DNA of 64,000 bases from Myxococcota bacterium (GCA_965228475.1 OZ245817.1:1024001-1088000), one strand, 5' to 3'. Shown: positions 29,533 to 39,903, counted from the first letter of the stretch. Numbers and translations: made by a program. The notes: a model not told the origin generated them from the letters alone.

Positions 29533-31428
29533 GTGGCCATCCGAAAGAACCAGTTGAGCTGGACGCTCAGGAAGTGGTCGCGTCGTGCATTCATTCGAGC
29601 GATGGCCGCTGCGGGCGCGGGTGCCTGGGCCTTGCCGACGGCGCGCGCCGGTGCAGGGCAGATCCGGCGCGCCGGGGTTCCGACCGAGCTGGTGGCGACC
29701 GATCCCGGTGGGATCGACCTGGTTCTCGAGCGCAGCCCGCTGCTCGTCGGAGGGAGGCTCGGCAACGCCATCACTCTGAACGGCTCCATCCCGGGGCCCG
29801 TGATCCGCATGCAGGAGGGCGGCGAGGCGCTCATTCGCGTCCACAACCGGATGGCCGAGTCCACGTCGATCCACTGGCACGGGATCCTGCTGCCCTACAC
29901 GATGGACGGCGTTCCCGGCATCAGCTTCCCCGGAATTCCAGCGGGTGAGACGTTCACCTATCGCTATCCGGTCGTGCAGAACGGTAGCTACTGGTACCAC
30001 AGTCATACGGGGCTCCAGGAGCAGCTGGGTCACTACGGCCAGCTGACCGTCGAGCCGGCGGGGCGGGATCCGGTCGAGTACGACGTCGAGTACTCCGTGG
30101 TTCTCTCCGATTGGACCTTCGAAGATCCGCACACCGTGCTTCGGAACCTCAAGACGATCGAAGGCTACTACAACTATCAGCGTCCCACGGTCGCCAACGT
30201 CGACGACCAGATGGCGGCGACCGGCATGAGCCTGAGCGACGTGATCCGGGAGCGTCTCCGCTGGCAGCGGATGCGCATGGATCCCACCGACATCGCGGAC
30301 ATCACGGGGGCGACCTTCACCTACCTGATGAACGGCCATGCACCCGAAGAGAACTGGACCGCCATCGCACGGCCCGGCGACCGGGTTCGGCTGCGCATCG
30401 TCAACGCCTCGACGATGACCTTCTACGACTTCCGCGTTCCCGGGCTGCCGATGACGGTCGTGCAGGCCGACGGCCAGAACGTCCAACCGGTCGAGACCGA
30501 CGAGCTCCGTATCGCAGTCGCCGAGACGTATGACGTGATCGTGACGCTGCCGGATGACCGCGCCCGCACGCTCTTCGCCGAGACTATGGATCGCAGCGGC
30601 TACGCGCGCGGGACCCTGGCACCCAGACGCGGCATGGCCGCGGCCGTGCCCGAGCGGCGGCGGCGTCCGATGCTGACGATGGCAGAGATGGGCATCATGC
30701 ACGGGATGAGTGGCCACGGAGCAGGTGCGGGCACGGGCCACGGGATGGGTGGCCACGAAGCAACTGCGGGCATGGACCACGGCGACACGGATGCGACCTC
30801 TGCACACACGGACGCGGGAACCCCGCAGCACCACGGTGAGGCTCTGCCGATCACGCGGCTTCCCGAACGCATCGCGCACGGGCCGGACGGACACGGTCCG
30901 GGCAGCATCACCATGGCCGCCACGGCCTATCGTCAGCTCGACGACCCCGGCGTAGGCCTCGGGGACGACGGCCGCCGCGTCCTGACCTACGGGCAGCTTC
31001 GCTGCCTGAACGCCCCTTCCGACCGTCGCCCTCCCACCCGCCAGTTCGACCTCCATCTGACGGGCAACATGCACAAGTACATCTGGGGATTCGACGGCAA
31101 GAAGTGGTCCGAGTCCGACATGATCCGCTTCCAGTACGGGGAGCGGCTCCGGATCAACATGATCAACGACACGATGATGTCGCACCCCATCCACCTCCAC
31201 GGGATGTGGATGGACCTCTACGCCGGAGCGGACGACTACGGCGACAACCCGCGCAAGCACACGGTGAACGTGCAGCCGGCGGAGCTTCTGAGCGTCGACA
31301 TCAGCGTGGATGCCCCGGGGCAGTGGGCCTTCCATTGCCACCTGCTCTACCACATGGAAATGGGCATGTTTCGCACGGTCGCCGTGGTGCGCTCGCTCGA
31401 AGGAGGCCCGGTCGATGTGGGCGCGTAG
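29533..31428 (+). CDS. copA: CopA/PcoA multicopper oxidase (Tat-exported)
   Basis: SRRAFI Tat motif; HWHG, YWYHSH, HPIHLHG and HCHLLYHM copper motifs. Confidence 0.96.
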   Translation: MAIRKNQLSWTLRKWSRRAFIRAMAAAGAGAWALPTARAGAGQIRRAGVPTELVATDPGGIDLVLERSPLLVGGRLGNAITLNGSIPGPVIRMQEGGEALIRVHNRMAESTSIHWHGILLPYTMDGVPGISFPGIPAGETFTYRYPVVQNGSYWYHSHTGLQEQLGHYGQLTVEPAGRDPVEYDVEYSVVLSDWTFEDPHTVLRNLKTIEGYYNYQRPTVANVDDQMAATGMSLSDVIRERLRWQRMRMDPTDIADITGATFTYLMNGHAPEENWTAIARPGDRVRLRIVNASTMTFYDFRVPGLPMTVVQADGQNVQPVETDELRIAVAETYDVIVTLPDDRARTLFAETMDRSGYARGTLAPRRGMAAAVPERRRRPMLTMAEMGIMHGMSGHGAGAGTGHGMGGHEATAGMDHGDTDATSAHTDAGTPQHHGEALPITRLPERIAHGPDGHGPGSITMAATAYRQLDDPGVGLGDDGRRVLTYGQLRCLNAPSDRRPPTRQFDLHLTGNMHKYIWGFDGKKWSESDMIRFQYGERLRINMINDTMMSHPIHLHGMWMDLYAGADDYGDNPRKHTVNVQPAELLSVDISVDAPGQWAFHCHLLYHMEMGMFRTVAVVRSLEGGPVDVGA

Positions 31429-32320
31429 CCACCGCCGCTGGCTGGCCCTGATGGCGAGTCTCGCCTGGGCCGGGGGCGCGATGGCCGAGGAGCGCCCGTT
31501 GCCGACCACCGAGGGTCGGCCCGACCATCGCGCGTCGACCAACGAGCACCGTCGTCCGCCCGAGGTCCACCCCGAGAGTCCGGCGCTTCCGGACGGGATG
31601 TCGCTCGATGAGGTCCTCGATCGCGCGAGCCAGCCGCCGCCCGATCACTTTCCGGATCCCGTTCCCGACGACGCGCTCCGGGCCTTCCTGCTCTTCGAGC
31701 AGCTCGAGTATCGACTGCAGGACGGCGGCAAGGACGAGCTGGGCTGGGAGGGACAGGGCTGGATCGGTCTCGACTACCACAAGCTGTGGGTGAAGCTTGA
31801 GGGCGAGGCGGTCTTCGACGGGCCAGACGCGGGGGAGTCCGAGATCGACCTGCTCTACTCGTGCCTCGTCACCCCCTTCTGGAACGCGCAGATCGGCGTT
31901 CAATACGCGAGCGAGTGGGAGGGCGACGGCTACGACGATCGCTGGTCCGCGGCGTTTTCGCTCCAGGGCCTCGCGCCCGGGATGTTCGAGCTAGACACCT
32001 CGCTCTACCTATCCGAACGTGGCGATCTCACGGCTGCGATCGAAGGCGAGTACAACCTTCGATTGACACAGCGCCTGGTGCTCCAGCCGCGCGTGGAGTT
32101 CGGCTTCGCCGCGCAGGACGTGTCCGAACGCGAGCTCGGCGCCGGCATGACCGACGCCAACCTCGACCTCCGGCTGCGATACGAGGCCGAGCGCGAGATC
32201 GCGCCCTATGTGGGCGTCCGCTACCGCATGCTCGTGGGAGAGACCGGGAACCTGGCAGAGGCGAGCGGAGGCGACGACGACGCGATCTTCGGCTTCGTCG
32301 GGCTTCGCCTTGCGTTCTGA
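31415..32320 (+). CDS. copB: CopB/PcoB outer membrane copper resistance protein
   Basis: EQLEYR, GWIGLDYHKLWVKLEGE, QGLAP, LTQRLVLQPR, REIAPYVG, terminal F. Confidence 0.92.
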   Translation: MWARSHRRWLALMASLAWAGGAMAEERPLPTTEGRPDHRASTNEHRRPPEVHPESPALPDGMSLDEVLDRASQPPPDHFPDPVPDDALRAFLLFEQLEYRLQDGGKDELGWEGQGWIGLDYHKLWVKLEGEAVFDGPDAGESEIDLLYSCLVTPFWNAQIGVQYASEWEGDGYDDRWSAAFSLQGLAPGMFELDTSLYLSERGDLTAAIEGEYNLRLTQRLVLQPRVEFGFAAQDVSERELGAGMTDANLDLRLRYEAEREIAPYVGVRYRMLVGETGNLAEASGGDDDAIFGFVGLRLAF

Positions 32321-32377
32321 TCGGGGCGGTCGGAGGGCTGGTGATGCGAGCCTCGGGCCGCGCCCGATCGCTGTCCC

Positions 32378-32989
32378 ATGATCTCGGTCCAGGCCCGCAT
32401 CGCGCTGTTCAATCTGATCCTGTGCACGGCGCCGTACCTCGGCCTGCGCGCATATCTATCGCTTGGCATGCACGACACCGCGGTCGCGGTAGCGCGGCCA
32501 TCCTCCTGGCTGCTCGGATGTCTGTTCGTTCTCGGCGCTGCGATCCCCACAGCAGGCGTGCTATGGACGCTGCGCTCGGTGGTTCGCGACCGGTTGCACT
32601 TCCGCCTGTCGGGCCTGCTCGAGTCGTATGCAGTCCTGATCGTACTGTTCGCAAGCGGCTACGCGATCGTCCAAGCCAGCCAGCTCGGGAGCAGCTTCAC
32701 CGGGATGCCGGTCCTGTGGGCGGCCGACGATCCGCAGACCCTCGGGGTCCACGTCGGTCGGCTGCACGAGGTGTTCTTCGAGTCACTCTACCTGAGCGCC
32801 ATGACGATCACGACGGTGGGCTACGGCGACGTCGCTCCGCTGACTCCGATGGGGAAGATCCTCACGGCCGTGGAGGGGCTCGCCGGGATCGGCTTCGTCG
32901 GCGTCGCATTGGGCCACTACTTCTCCGTATGTCTCCGGCGGGATCGTCCGGAGCGCTCGCTCCGCCGGTCGCGTCGGCCAGGACGATGA
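32378..32989 (+). CDS. Potassium channel family protein
   Basis: YLSAMTITTVGYGDVAP pore motif with flanking helices. Confidence 0.8.
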   Translation: MISVQARIALFNLILCTAPYLGLRAYLSLGMHDTAVAVARPSSWLLGCLFVLGAAIPTAGVLWTLRSVVRDRLHFRLSGLLESYAVLIVLFASGYAIVQASQLGSSFTGMPVLWAADDPQTLGVHVGRLHEVFFESLYLSAMTITTVGYGDVAPLTPMGKILTAVEGLAGIGFVGVALGHYFSVCLRRDRPERSLRRSRRPGR

Positions 32990-33038
32990 CCCTCGATCCG
33001 CGCGGGTGGCATCGGTGGCGGTGCCGACGGGGAGCGGT

Positions 33039-34397
33039 ATGAGTCGGACCAGCAACCACGACACCGGTCGCGAAGGGGGCGGGGACTCCCAGTACCAAGG
33101 GGGGAGCCTCTCGCTTGTCGGCGCCGTGGCGATGGGCACGGGGGTGATGATCGGCGCTGGCGTCTTCGCGCTCACGGGCCAGATTGCGGAGCAGGCGGGC
33201 GGCCTCTTCCCCTACGCCTTCCTAGCAGCCGCCGGCGTGACCGGCTTCAGCGCCTACTCCTACGTCAAGCTGTCCAACGCCCATCCGTCCGCGGGCGGCA
33301 TCGCGATGTATCTCGAGAAGGCCTACGGCAAGTGCGTGGTGACCGCCGGCTGTGCGTTGTTGATGTACTTCTCGATGGTCATCAACGAGAGCCTCGTCGC
33401 TCGCACCTTCGGCACCTACGTGCTGCAGCTCTCCACGCTCGGCCAGGATCACTGGCTGGTGCCCGCACTCGGCGTGGGCCTTCTGGCATTCGCATTCCTC
33501 GTGAACATCGCAGGCAACCGCGTCATCGGTTCGTTCTCGCTGGCCATGGCGGCAGTCAAGATCGGCGGAATCGCGGTGTTCGCGATCGCCGGTCTGTGGG
33601 TAGCCGACTTCTCGGGTGCGGGTCTCGCCTCGACGAGGGAAGCCGGGCCCGGCGGATTCCTGGCCAGCATCGCCCTGGGCATCCTGGCCTACAAGGGGTT
33701 CACGACGATCACCAACAGCGGCGCCGAGCTCGAGGACCCGCATCGAAACGTCGGGCGCGCGATCGTCGTCTCGATCTCGATCTGCGTGGCGCTCTACTTT
33801 CTGATGGCGTGGGCCGTGGCGAGTGCCCTCGGCCTCGGGGAGATCATCGAGGCGAAGGACTACGCTCTCGCCGAGGCGGCGCGTCCTGCCGTCGGGCGGG
33901 CGGGCGTCTGGTTCACCGTGGGGCTCGCAATCGCGGCAACCGTTTCGGGGGTTATCGCCAGCGTGTTCGCCGTCTCCCGGATGCTGGCGATGCTCACCGA
34001 TATGGAGCTCGTTCCGCACCGTCACTTCGGCATGCCGGGCAGGATCCAGAGCCACACGCTCGTCTACACGATCGTGCTCGCCATGGTGCTCACGATTTTC
34101 TTTGACCTTAGCCGAATCGCGTCGCTCGGCGCGATCTTCTACATCGTGATGGACATCGCCGTGCACTGGGGCGTCCTGCGCCGTCTGCGCAGCGAGATCG
34201 AAGCGAACCCTGCGATCGTGGCCACGGCGATCGTCCTCGACGTGGTCGTGCTCTGTGCGTTCATGGCCCTCAAGGCCCAGAGCGACCCGCTCGTGGTCTA
34301 CGTCTCGCTGGCTGGAATGGCAGCGATCTTCGGCGGCGAGTGGATCTTCCTCCGGCGGGTCGGAGGCGATCCGGGGACGGGCTCCGGCGACAGTTGA
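33039..34397 (+). CDS. APC family amino acid permease
   Basis: GTGVMIGAGVFALTG, PSAGG, AYKGFTTITNSGAE; many hydrophobic segments. Confidence 0.9.
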   Translation: MSRTSNHDTGREGGGDSQYQGGSLSLVGAVAMGTGVMIGAGVFALTGQIAEQAGGLFPYAFLAAAGVTGFSAYSYVKLSNAHPSAGGIAMYLEKAYGKCVVTAGCALLMYFSMVINESLVARTFGTYVLQLSTLGQDHWLVPALGVGLLAFAFLVNIAGNRVIGSFSLAMAAVKIGGIAVFAIAGLWVADFSGAGLASTREAGPGGFLASIALGILAYKGFTTITNSGAELEDPHRNVGRAIVVSISICVALYFLMAWAVASALGLGEIIEAKDYALAEAARPAVGRAGVWFTVGLAIAATVSGVIASVFAVSRMLAMLTDMELVPHRHFGMPGRIQSHTLVYTIVLAMVLTIFFDLSRIASLGAIFYIVMDIAVHWGVLRRLRSEIEANPAIVATAIVLDVVVLCAFMALKAQSDPLVVYVSLAGMAAIFGGEWIFLRRVGGDPGTGSGDS

Positions 34398-34499
34398 GAG
34401 TATCCTCACAGCGTCTCCGAGGCAGCAGAGAGGCCCACGAACGCCGTGCCAAGTCAGAAAGCCATACTCGGAGGTCCGGACGCTCTGCGCGCTGTGGTG

Positions 34500-34524
34500 G
34501 TCACCGCGACGCGTCCCCTCCGTA
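34500..34524 (+). promoter_or_regulatory. ECF-type promoter motif
   Basis: GTCACC-N15-CGTA. Confidence 0.75.
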
Positions 34525-34620
34525 ATTTACATGCAACACCGCGGCGCTACCGATGGAACGAAGGGGCTCCGCTCCTGTTGCTGACGGGGGAGGCTCCTGC
34601 GGCGATGCGGGACACCCCGG

Positions 34621-35313
34621 TTGGGGATGAAACATGCATCACGATCCGCGACGAAACGCGCCCCGCCCATGAGCGGCCATCCCGACGTAGGCATCTCCGA
34701 CGAGGTCGAGCGGACGCGGCGGCTCTATCGTTGGGTCGCGCCCTTCTACGACACGTTCCGCCGGCTCTGGAGTCGCTGGACCCAGCCTGTGGAGGATGCT
34801 CTGGACGCCTGGTTTCGTGAACGCATCGGTCCGTCGAGCCGCATCCTCGAGCTGGCGCCCGGCACCGGCATCAATGTCGATCGGTTGCTTCGCCACGCGC
34901 CCGACTTCACCTCCTACCTGGGAATCGACTCGAGCCCGGAGATGCTCGATCGGGCCCGGGAGCGGAGCGGCGGGGACGCGCGGATGGAGCTTCGCCTCGG
35001 CGACGCGACGGATCTCGGCGGTGTCGCAGGAGCGTTCGACTTCATCGTCTGCACGTGGCTGCTCTCCCATCTCGACGCGCCCGCGGAGCTGGTGCGCGAC
35101 GCCGTCGGGCGGCTCGCTCCGGGCGGTTCGGCGGTATTCGTGTTCTTCTCGGCACCTCTGAACCCTGTCCGCCGCGGTGTCCTGTCGGCTCTCGGCCGCC
35201 CGTTTCGATACCGCTTCGTTGACGCCGAGACGCTGCGCGGCATCCCCAATCTCGAGAGCCTGGAGATCTGCGCCGGCGGGATGGCGACGGTCGCCTCGTT
35301 CCGCGCGCCGTGA
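34621..35313 (+). CDS. Class I SAM-dependent methyltransferase
   Basis: ILELAPGTG, GIDSSPEML, GDATDL, FDFIV, LAPGG; true start may be ATG about 34670. Confidence 0.88.
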   Translation: MGMKHASRSATKRAPPMSGHPDVGISDEVERTRRLYRWVAPFYDTFRRLWSRWTQPVEDALDAWFRERIGPSSRILELAPGTGINVDRLLRHAPDFTSYLGIDSSPEMLDRARERSGGDARMELRLGDATDLGGVAGAFDFIVCTWLLSHLDAPAELVRDAVGRLAPGGSAVFVFFSAPLNPVRRGVLSALGRPFRYRFVDAETLRGIPNLESLEICAGGMATVASFRAP

Positions 35314-35327
35314 TTTCGTTGGTGACT

Positions 35328-36041
35328 CTAGTGGTGCTTGTAGAATCCAACTCCTCGAATGTCTGGCCACGATGTAGTCAGATGGCAGGCGTAGCACTCC
35401 CGCACCTCCGCATGCGGCTGCCGGGCGACCTTGGCCGAGAGCATCTTGAAGTGCTCCATGTAGTGGCTGGGCGGCGCTTGGTGGCACTGGGCGCAGTCTC
35501 GAGAGCGCGGCGTCGGATGTGCGAACGCGGGGACGTCCCAGGTGTTCGTCTCGTGGCAGTCGATGCATTCGCTGCCGAAGAGGTCGAAGTGCGTGTCCTG
35601 GTTCCCGTGGCAGGCGGCGCAGGCCAAGGAGTTCAAGGATCCGTCGCCACGCGACGTCGTCTCGCCGCGAGGCCAATCCGCGGCGATCCTCGCGAGGAGC
35701 TCGTGGTCGAGCGGTGCCCGCAGGCGGGAGGGGACGACGTGCTCGACGTGGCAGTCGGCACAGACCGCCGCCTCGGCGTGGAACGCGGTCGTCTGCCGCT
35801 GGACCAGCCGACCGTTCAACGCGTGGCAGGCGATACAGCCGTCGGCCTCGACGCCTCGGATCGGCTGGTGACAGTCACTGCATTCGAGGGCGAGGCGCTG
35901 GTGTGCTGGATCGAGCGGCCCGGGCTCACTCTGGGTTTCGACCCAGCCCCAGGCACCGCGCAGCGACGGGTCGTCGCAGCCCTGGAAGCCCGGTGCCAGG
36001 CATGCGACGAGGGCCAGAACTCGGGCGGCCGTCCAGCGCAC
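35328..36041 (-). CDS. Seven-heme cytochrome c
   Basis: Seven CxxCH motifs (CSDCH, CIACH, CADCH, CAACH, CIDCH, CAQCH, CYACH); N-terminal signal with possible lipobox. Confidence 0.9.
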   Translation of the reverse strand: MRWTAARVLALVACLAPGFQGCDDPSLRGAWGWVETQSEPGPLDPAHQRLALECSDCHQPIRGVEADGCIACHALNGRLVQRQTTAFHAEAAVCADCHVEHVVPSRLRAPLDHELLARIAADWPRGETTSRGDGSLNSLACAACHGNQDTHFDLFGSECIDCHETNTWDVPAFAHPTPRSRDCAQCHQAPPSHYMEHFKMLSAKVARQPHAEVRECYACHLTTSWPDIRGVGFYKHH

Positions 36042-36043
36042 GC

Positions 36044-36802
36044 CTAGAGCCAGCGCAGCCCGAGCCGAAGCTCGATCGCGACGTGCAGGGTCAGGAGCAG
36101 GTAGAGCGCGAACGTGAGGACGATGTGGATCCGAAGCCAGCGCGAGAACCAGGAGCGGAGGGTCTCTCCGGTTCGAAGGGCCGACTCGACCTCCGCCAGC
36201 GCGTCGGCGACTCGGAGGGCGCGCTGAACGGGAAGTTGGCCCAGCGTCGGGTCGCTCGGTCGATCGAAGAGCATCCCCCCGAGCCAGGTCCGGATTGGTC
36301 CCGCGAGCGGCACGAAGAGGGCGGACTGACCAGGGCTGGAGCGCACGACGGCGGCCAGCTCTGCATACTCCCGCTGGAGGCCGTCGCGCAGCTTCCGTTG
36401 GTCGCGGACGTCTTCACCGATCGCTCGCATCAAGTAGCGCCCGACGAACCCGCTCATCGCCACGATGAGCATGGAGGCGGTCAGCGCGATCCCGATCCGG
36501 CTCTCGAACCGATGCCCCGTGTGCAGGAGCGCGAGGATCGGGCCCAGGATCCCCGCGTAGATGTGCCAGGCCAGCAGCGTTCGCAGCGGGACCCTCTGGG
36601 TGATCGCTCTTCGGAGCGGCTTGATCCGCTTGACCGCGACGTAGGCCAGCGGGACGGTCATCAGCAGCGCTGCGGCGATCCCGAGCGCGGAGCCGGCCAG
36701 ACTTCCCGGGAAGCGCGGCGAGCGATGGAGCAGGAAGCCCAGCCAGAGCAGCAGCATCAGGGCAACGAGCCCTCCGATGACGAGACGCTCCCGCTCGCGC
36801 AC
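36044..36802 (-). CDS. Membrane protein, putative heme-b / ferric-reductase-like
   Basis: Hydrophobic helices with paired His 13 residues apart (WHIYAGILGPILALLH; IHIVLTFALYLLLTLH); GTG start 2 nt after the upstream stop. Confidence 0.72.
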   Translation of the reverse strand: MRERERLVIGGLVALMLLLWLGFLLHRSPRFPGSLAGSALGIAAALLMTVPLAYVAVKRIKPLRRAITQRVPLRTLLAWHIYAGILGPILALLHTGHRFESRIGIALTASMLIVAMSGFVGRYLMRAIGEDVRDQRKLRDGLQREYAELAAVVRSSPGQSALFVPLAGPIRTWLGGMLFDRPSDPTLGQLPVQRALRVADALAEVESALRTGETLRSWFSRWLRIHIVLTFALYLLLTLHVAIELRLGLRWL

Positions 36803-36804
36803 GG

Positions 36805-38721
36805 CTAGGCGTCCACCTCGAGGTCGGCTGTGGCCCGCGCCTGGCAGGCGAGGACGAGCCCTGCCGCCCGATCCTCGTCGTCGAGCCCGTCGTCGATCTC
36901 CATCGTGACCTCGCCAGAGAGGAGCTTCACGGTGCAGCTCCCGCAGGTGCCCGAGCGACACGACCATTCGATCTCTACGTCGACCGATTCCGCCGCGTCG
37001 AGGATCGTACGGCCGGCCGGGAGCGGCGCCGATTTCTTGGAGCGCGCAAAGGTCACGCTCGGCGCATTCGCTGGAGACACCTCCCGGAGCGCGATCGGCG
37101 GCGGCAGAGGAGCGACTGGGCCGAAGGACTCGAAACGGATCCGTTCGCGCGCCACGCCCAGCTCGAGCAGGAAGTCGCGCGTCGCGTCCATCATCGCCTT
37201 CGGTCCGCACAGGTGGACTCGTCGAGAGGCAATGTCCGGCAGCACCTCGCGGACGAGATCGGAGCCGATGCGGCCGGTGCGGCCGCGCCAGTCGGTTCCC
37301 TCCGGCTTCGACGCGGTCGCCACGACGCGGAGGTTCGGGTGTCGACGCGATAGACGCTCGAGCTCCTCGCGGAAGACGAAGTCTGCCGGAGTCCGGAAGC
37401 CGAAGAAGAGTGTGATCTTGCCGCCCCAGCCGCTGTCCGTCAGGTAGCGGATGACGCTCATCAGGGGCGTGATCCCAATCCCGCAGGCGATCAGGACGAT
37501 CGATGGATCCTCTTCGCCGGTGAAGGTGAATCGGCCGTAGGGAGCTGCGATTCGGAGTTCATCGCCTGCCGCCAGCGCGTCGTGCAGGTGGCGCGAGACC
37601 ACCCCTTCGGGCTCGCGCTTCACCGAGATCTCGCAGTAGGCACCCTGCGTAGGCGACGAAGCGATGGTGTACGAGCGCTTCACCAATGGGGCCGCCTCGC
37701 CGTGGGCCGGGACGAGGACGTTCATGAACTGGCCTGGGAGGTAGTCGAAGGGGAGCGGCCCCCCGTCGACAGCCGTCAAGCGGAAGGTCTTCACGTCCGG
37801 GGTCTCTCCGAAGATGCCGGCGACGCGCATCCGGGTCGAGCAGGGGTTCTTGCAGCCACCGCACGCCCCTGTCTTGCGCAGCTGCTCGAAGGCAGCGGCG
37901 CTATTCGCCGGCCCGGTCGCCCTCCGAACCGGCGCTGGTGAGCGAGCGGCACCCGAGTCGGCGTTTTCGGAGGGTGGTGCCGGATCCGGCGTCTCTGCGG
38001 GCTGATGTGCCAGCTCCCCCAGCAGCGCCGCCGCTCGACGCATCCTGTGGACGTGCATCGCGAGCATGCCGGCGGCCAACGTCGTGACGAATGCCATCGC
38101 GAAGAGGTGAAACCAAGTCAGACCCAACGGGCCACTCACCCGCTCGGCGCCGGCTCCCGTCAGGCCCATCTCGCCACGGAACCACCCGAGCGCGATCTCT
38201 CGAGGCTCTCTTCCCGCGGCGAGGGCCTGCGAGGTCGCAAGGCCGCTCTCGAGCTCGTCGAGTCCAGCCCGCGCTTCGGCCACAGCTTCCGACAGGTCGG
38301 CTCGGTCTCCCTCGCGCGTGGCCGTGTCGAGCGCCTCGATGCCACGCGCAAGGCGTTCGGCGCCATCGGCTCGCCGCCTGGCCGCGCGCTCCAACAGCTC
38401 GCGCTCGTGGTCCTCGGACAGATCCTCGAGCCGCATCATCTCGGGGTAGAGTTCCCGGGGCGGAGGGACGCCCATCCGCTCCATCATCGCGTCCATGTTG
38501 CCCATTCCACCGCCGGCCATCGGGGGCTCGCCCGGCTGAGGCCTTGATGACGCTCCCGGGGGGCCTCCAGGATGGTGCGATTCGTGCTCCGTCGAGTCGG
38601 TCTGCGCCCCGACGCCGCCCGCCAGGACTACCAATCCGGCCACCGCGGCAAGCGTTCCGGCCACGGAGGCCACCGGGTGGGTCGACCGAATCCGGCCGCA
38701 GGGGATCGCCTTCCGTCTCAC
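36805..38721 (-). CDS. Membrane-anchored FNR-type FAD/NAD(P) oxidoreductase with C-terminal 2Fe-2S ferredoxin
   Basis: RSYTIASSP, GVVSRHLH, GIGITP, LCGP, ESF; CRSGTCGSC...LAC; N-terminal signal, helical domain and one TM. Confidence 0.9.
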   Translation of the reverse strand: MRRKAIPCGRIRSTHPVASVAGTLAAVAGLVVLAGGVGAQTDSTEHESHHPGGPPGASSRPQPGEPPMAGGGMGNMDAMMERMGVPPPRELYPEMMRLEDLSEDHERELLERAARRRADGAERLARGIEALDTATREGDRADLSEAVAEARAGLDELESGLATSQALAAGREPREIALGWFRGEMGLTGAGAERVSGPLGLTWFHLFAMAFVTTLAAGMLAMHVHRMRRAAALLGELAHQPAETPDPAPPSENADSGAARSPAPVRRATGPANSAAAFEQLRKTGACGGCKNPCSTRMRVAGIFGETPDVKTFRLTAVDGGPLPFDYLPGQFMNVLVPAHGEAAPLVKRSYTIASSPTQGAYCEISVKREPEGVVSRHLHDALAAGDELRIAAPYGRFTFTGEEDPSIVLIACGIGITPLMSVIRYLTDSGWGGKITLFFGFRTPADFVFREELERLSRRHPNLRVVATASKPEGTDWRGRTGRIGSDLVREVLPDIASRRVHLCGPKAMMDATRDFLLELGVARERIRFESFGPVAPLPPPIALREVSPANAPSVTFARSKKSAPLPAGRTILDAAESVDVEIEWSCRSGTCGSCTVKLLSGEVTMEIDDGLDDEDRAAGLVLACQARATADLEVDA

Positions 38722-38777
38722 GCACGCTCCTGGGATGGACCTGCACCTCCACGGGAGAGGGCCTCGCTCGATGGGAA

Positions 38778-38802
38778 TACGGGCAATGTCATCGGACGGG
38801 AC
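38778..38802 (-). promoter_or_regulatory. ECF-type promoter motif with one mismatch
   Basis: GTCCCG-N15-CGTA followed by TT on the minus strand. Confidence 0.6.
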
Positions 38803-38832
38803 GGAGGAACGCCGTCTAACCGCCAGGTCCCC

Positions 38833-39903
38833 TCAGAACGCCGCGGTGAGGTCCCGGTCGTCGACCCTCAGCGCGGTGATCACACCGTCCAGATCGACTC
38901 CCTGGTGGCTGTGAACGATTCCGGCGGGAAGGTCGCCTCGTAGGACCTGGCGAACACACTCGCTGGCCACGACCGCGGTCATGCGAGCCTCCCGGCGCCC
39001 CGCGATGGAGAACTGGACACGTCTCGGCGCCCCGTTCGCATCGGTTCCGGTGGCCCGAGCCGCGACCCTGCAATGATCCGAGCCTCTGGCGGCACGCTGG
39101 AGGAGCGCGACGGTGGCGGCTCGCCATGGGTTGCGGCGAAGCACGGCACCGAGGGGCCGGCGAGAAGCCTGGGCGAGCAGCCACGTCCAGAAGCCGCTCC
39201 CAAAACGGATCCAAGACGAGACGGACCCGACGTCGAGAGTGCGCGCGAGAACGTGTTGGTCCGCGAAGTTGAAGCGATACATCGCGCTGGGACGAGATTC
39301 GCCCGGAAGGTCGAAACGTAGTATGTCGCCGAAGCTCCGTACGTTCTTCCTCTGCCCTTCTTCGAGCACCTCGTACGGGGCATCGAGATTGTCGAGGATC
39401 CATCCCAAGGCAGCCGCCCCGTGGTCGTCCCCGAAGCCGACATCGATCAGGAGGTCGATCCGTTCGGTCGCGGCCAAGGCGTCGTGGGCTCGCACGGCCA
39501 GGAGGTTCGTCAATCCCGGTGCCACGCCCACGCTCAACAGCGCTGTGGCGCCATGCCGACGCGCCGTGCCGTCGAGGCGCTCAACCTCCGTGAAGAAGTG
39601 ATCATTGGCGGTGATGTCCACGTAGTGGATCCGTCGAGCCAGGCACGATGAGGCAAACCGAGTGTTGACCTGATCGATGCATACCACGACCAGCACTATC
39701 CCCTCGAGCGCGTCGCTGGCGTTGGATGAGGAGAGATCGACGGCCCGGCCTATGGCACCGTTTCCGACGGTTCGCGCGGCCGACACCGCCCGGGCGCCGT
39801 CGCGCCCGCCAATACAGACGCGGCCGGGATAGCGGCCGGCCAGGCGCGCCGCGATCTTTGCGCCGACCTTTCCGTAGCCACCGACGACGAGAATGCGCCC
39901 CAT
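38833..39903 (-). CDS. Saccharopine dehydrogenase-like NAD(P)-binding oxidoreductase
   Basis: ILVVGGYGKVG, HYVDIT, SVGVAPGLTNLLA. Confidence 0.85.
   Translation of the reverse strand: MGRILVVGGYGKVGAKIAARLAGRYPGRVCIGGRDGARAVSAARTVGNGAIGRAVDLSSSNASDALEGIVLVVVCIDQVNTRFASSCLARRIHYVDITANDHFFTEVERLDGTARRHGATALLSVGVAPGLTNLLAVRAHDALAATERIDLLIDVGFGDDHGAAALGWILDNLDAPYEVLEEGQRKNVRSFGDILRFDLPGESRPSAMYRFNFADQHVLARTLDVGSVSSWIRFGSGFWTWLLAQASRRPLGAVLRRNPWRAATVALLQRAARGSDHCRVAARATGTDANGAPRRVQFSIAGRREARMTAVVASECVRQVLRGDLPAGIVHSHQGVDLDGVITALRVDDRDLTAAF

Noticed and set aside
29368..31542. 724-aa antisense ORF and similar long antisense ORFs
   Set aside because: Mirror frames of well-supported genes, expected at high GC, with no motifs.
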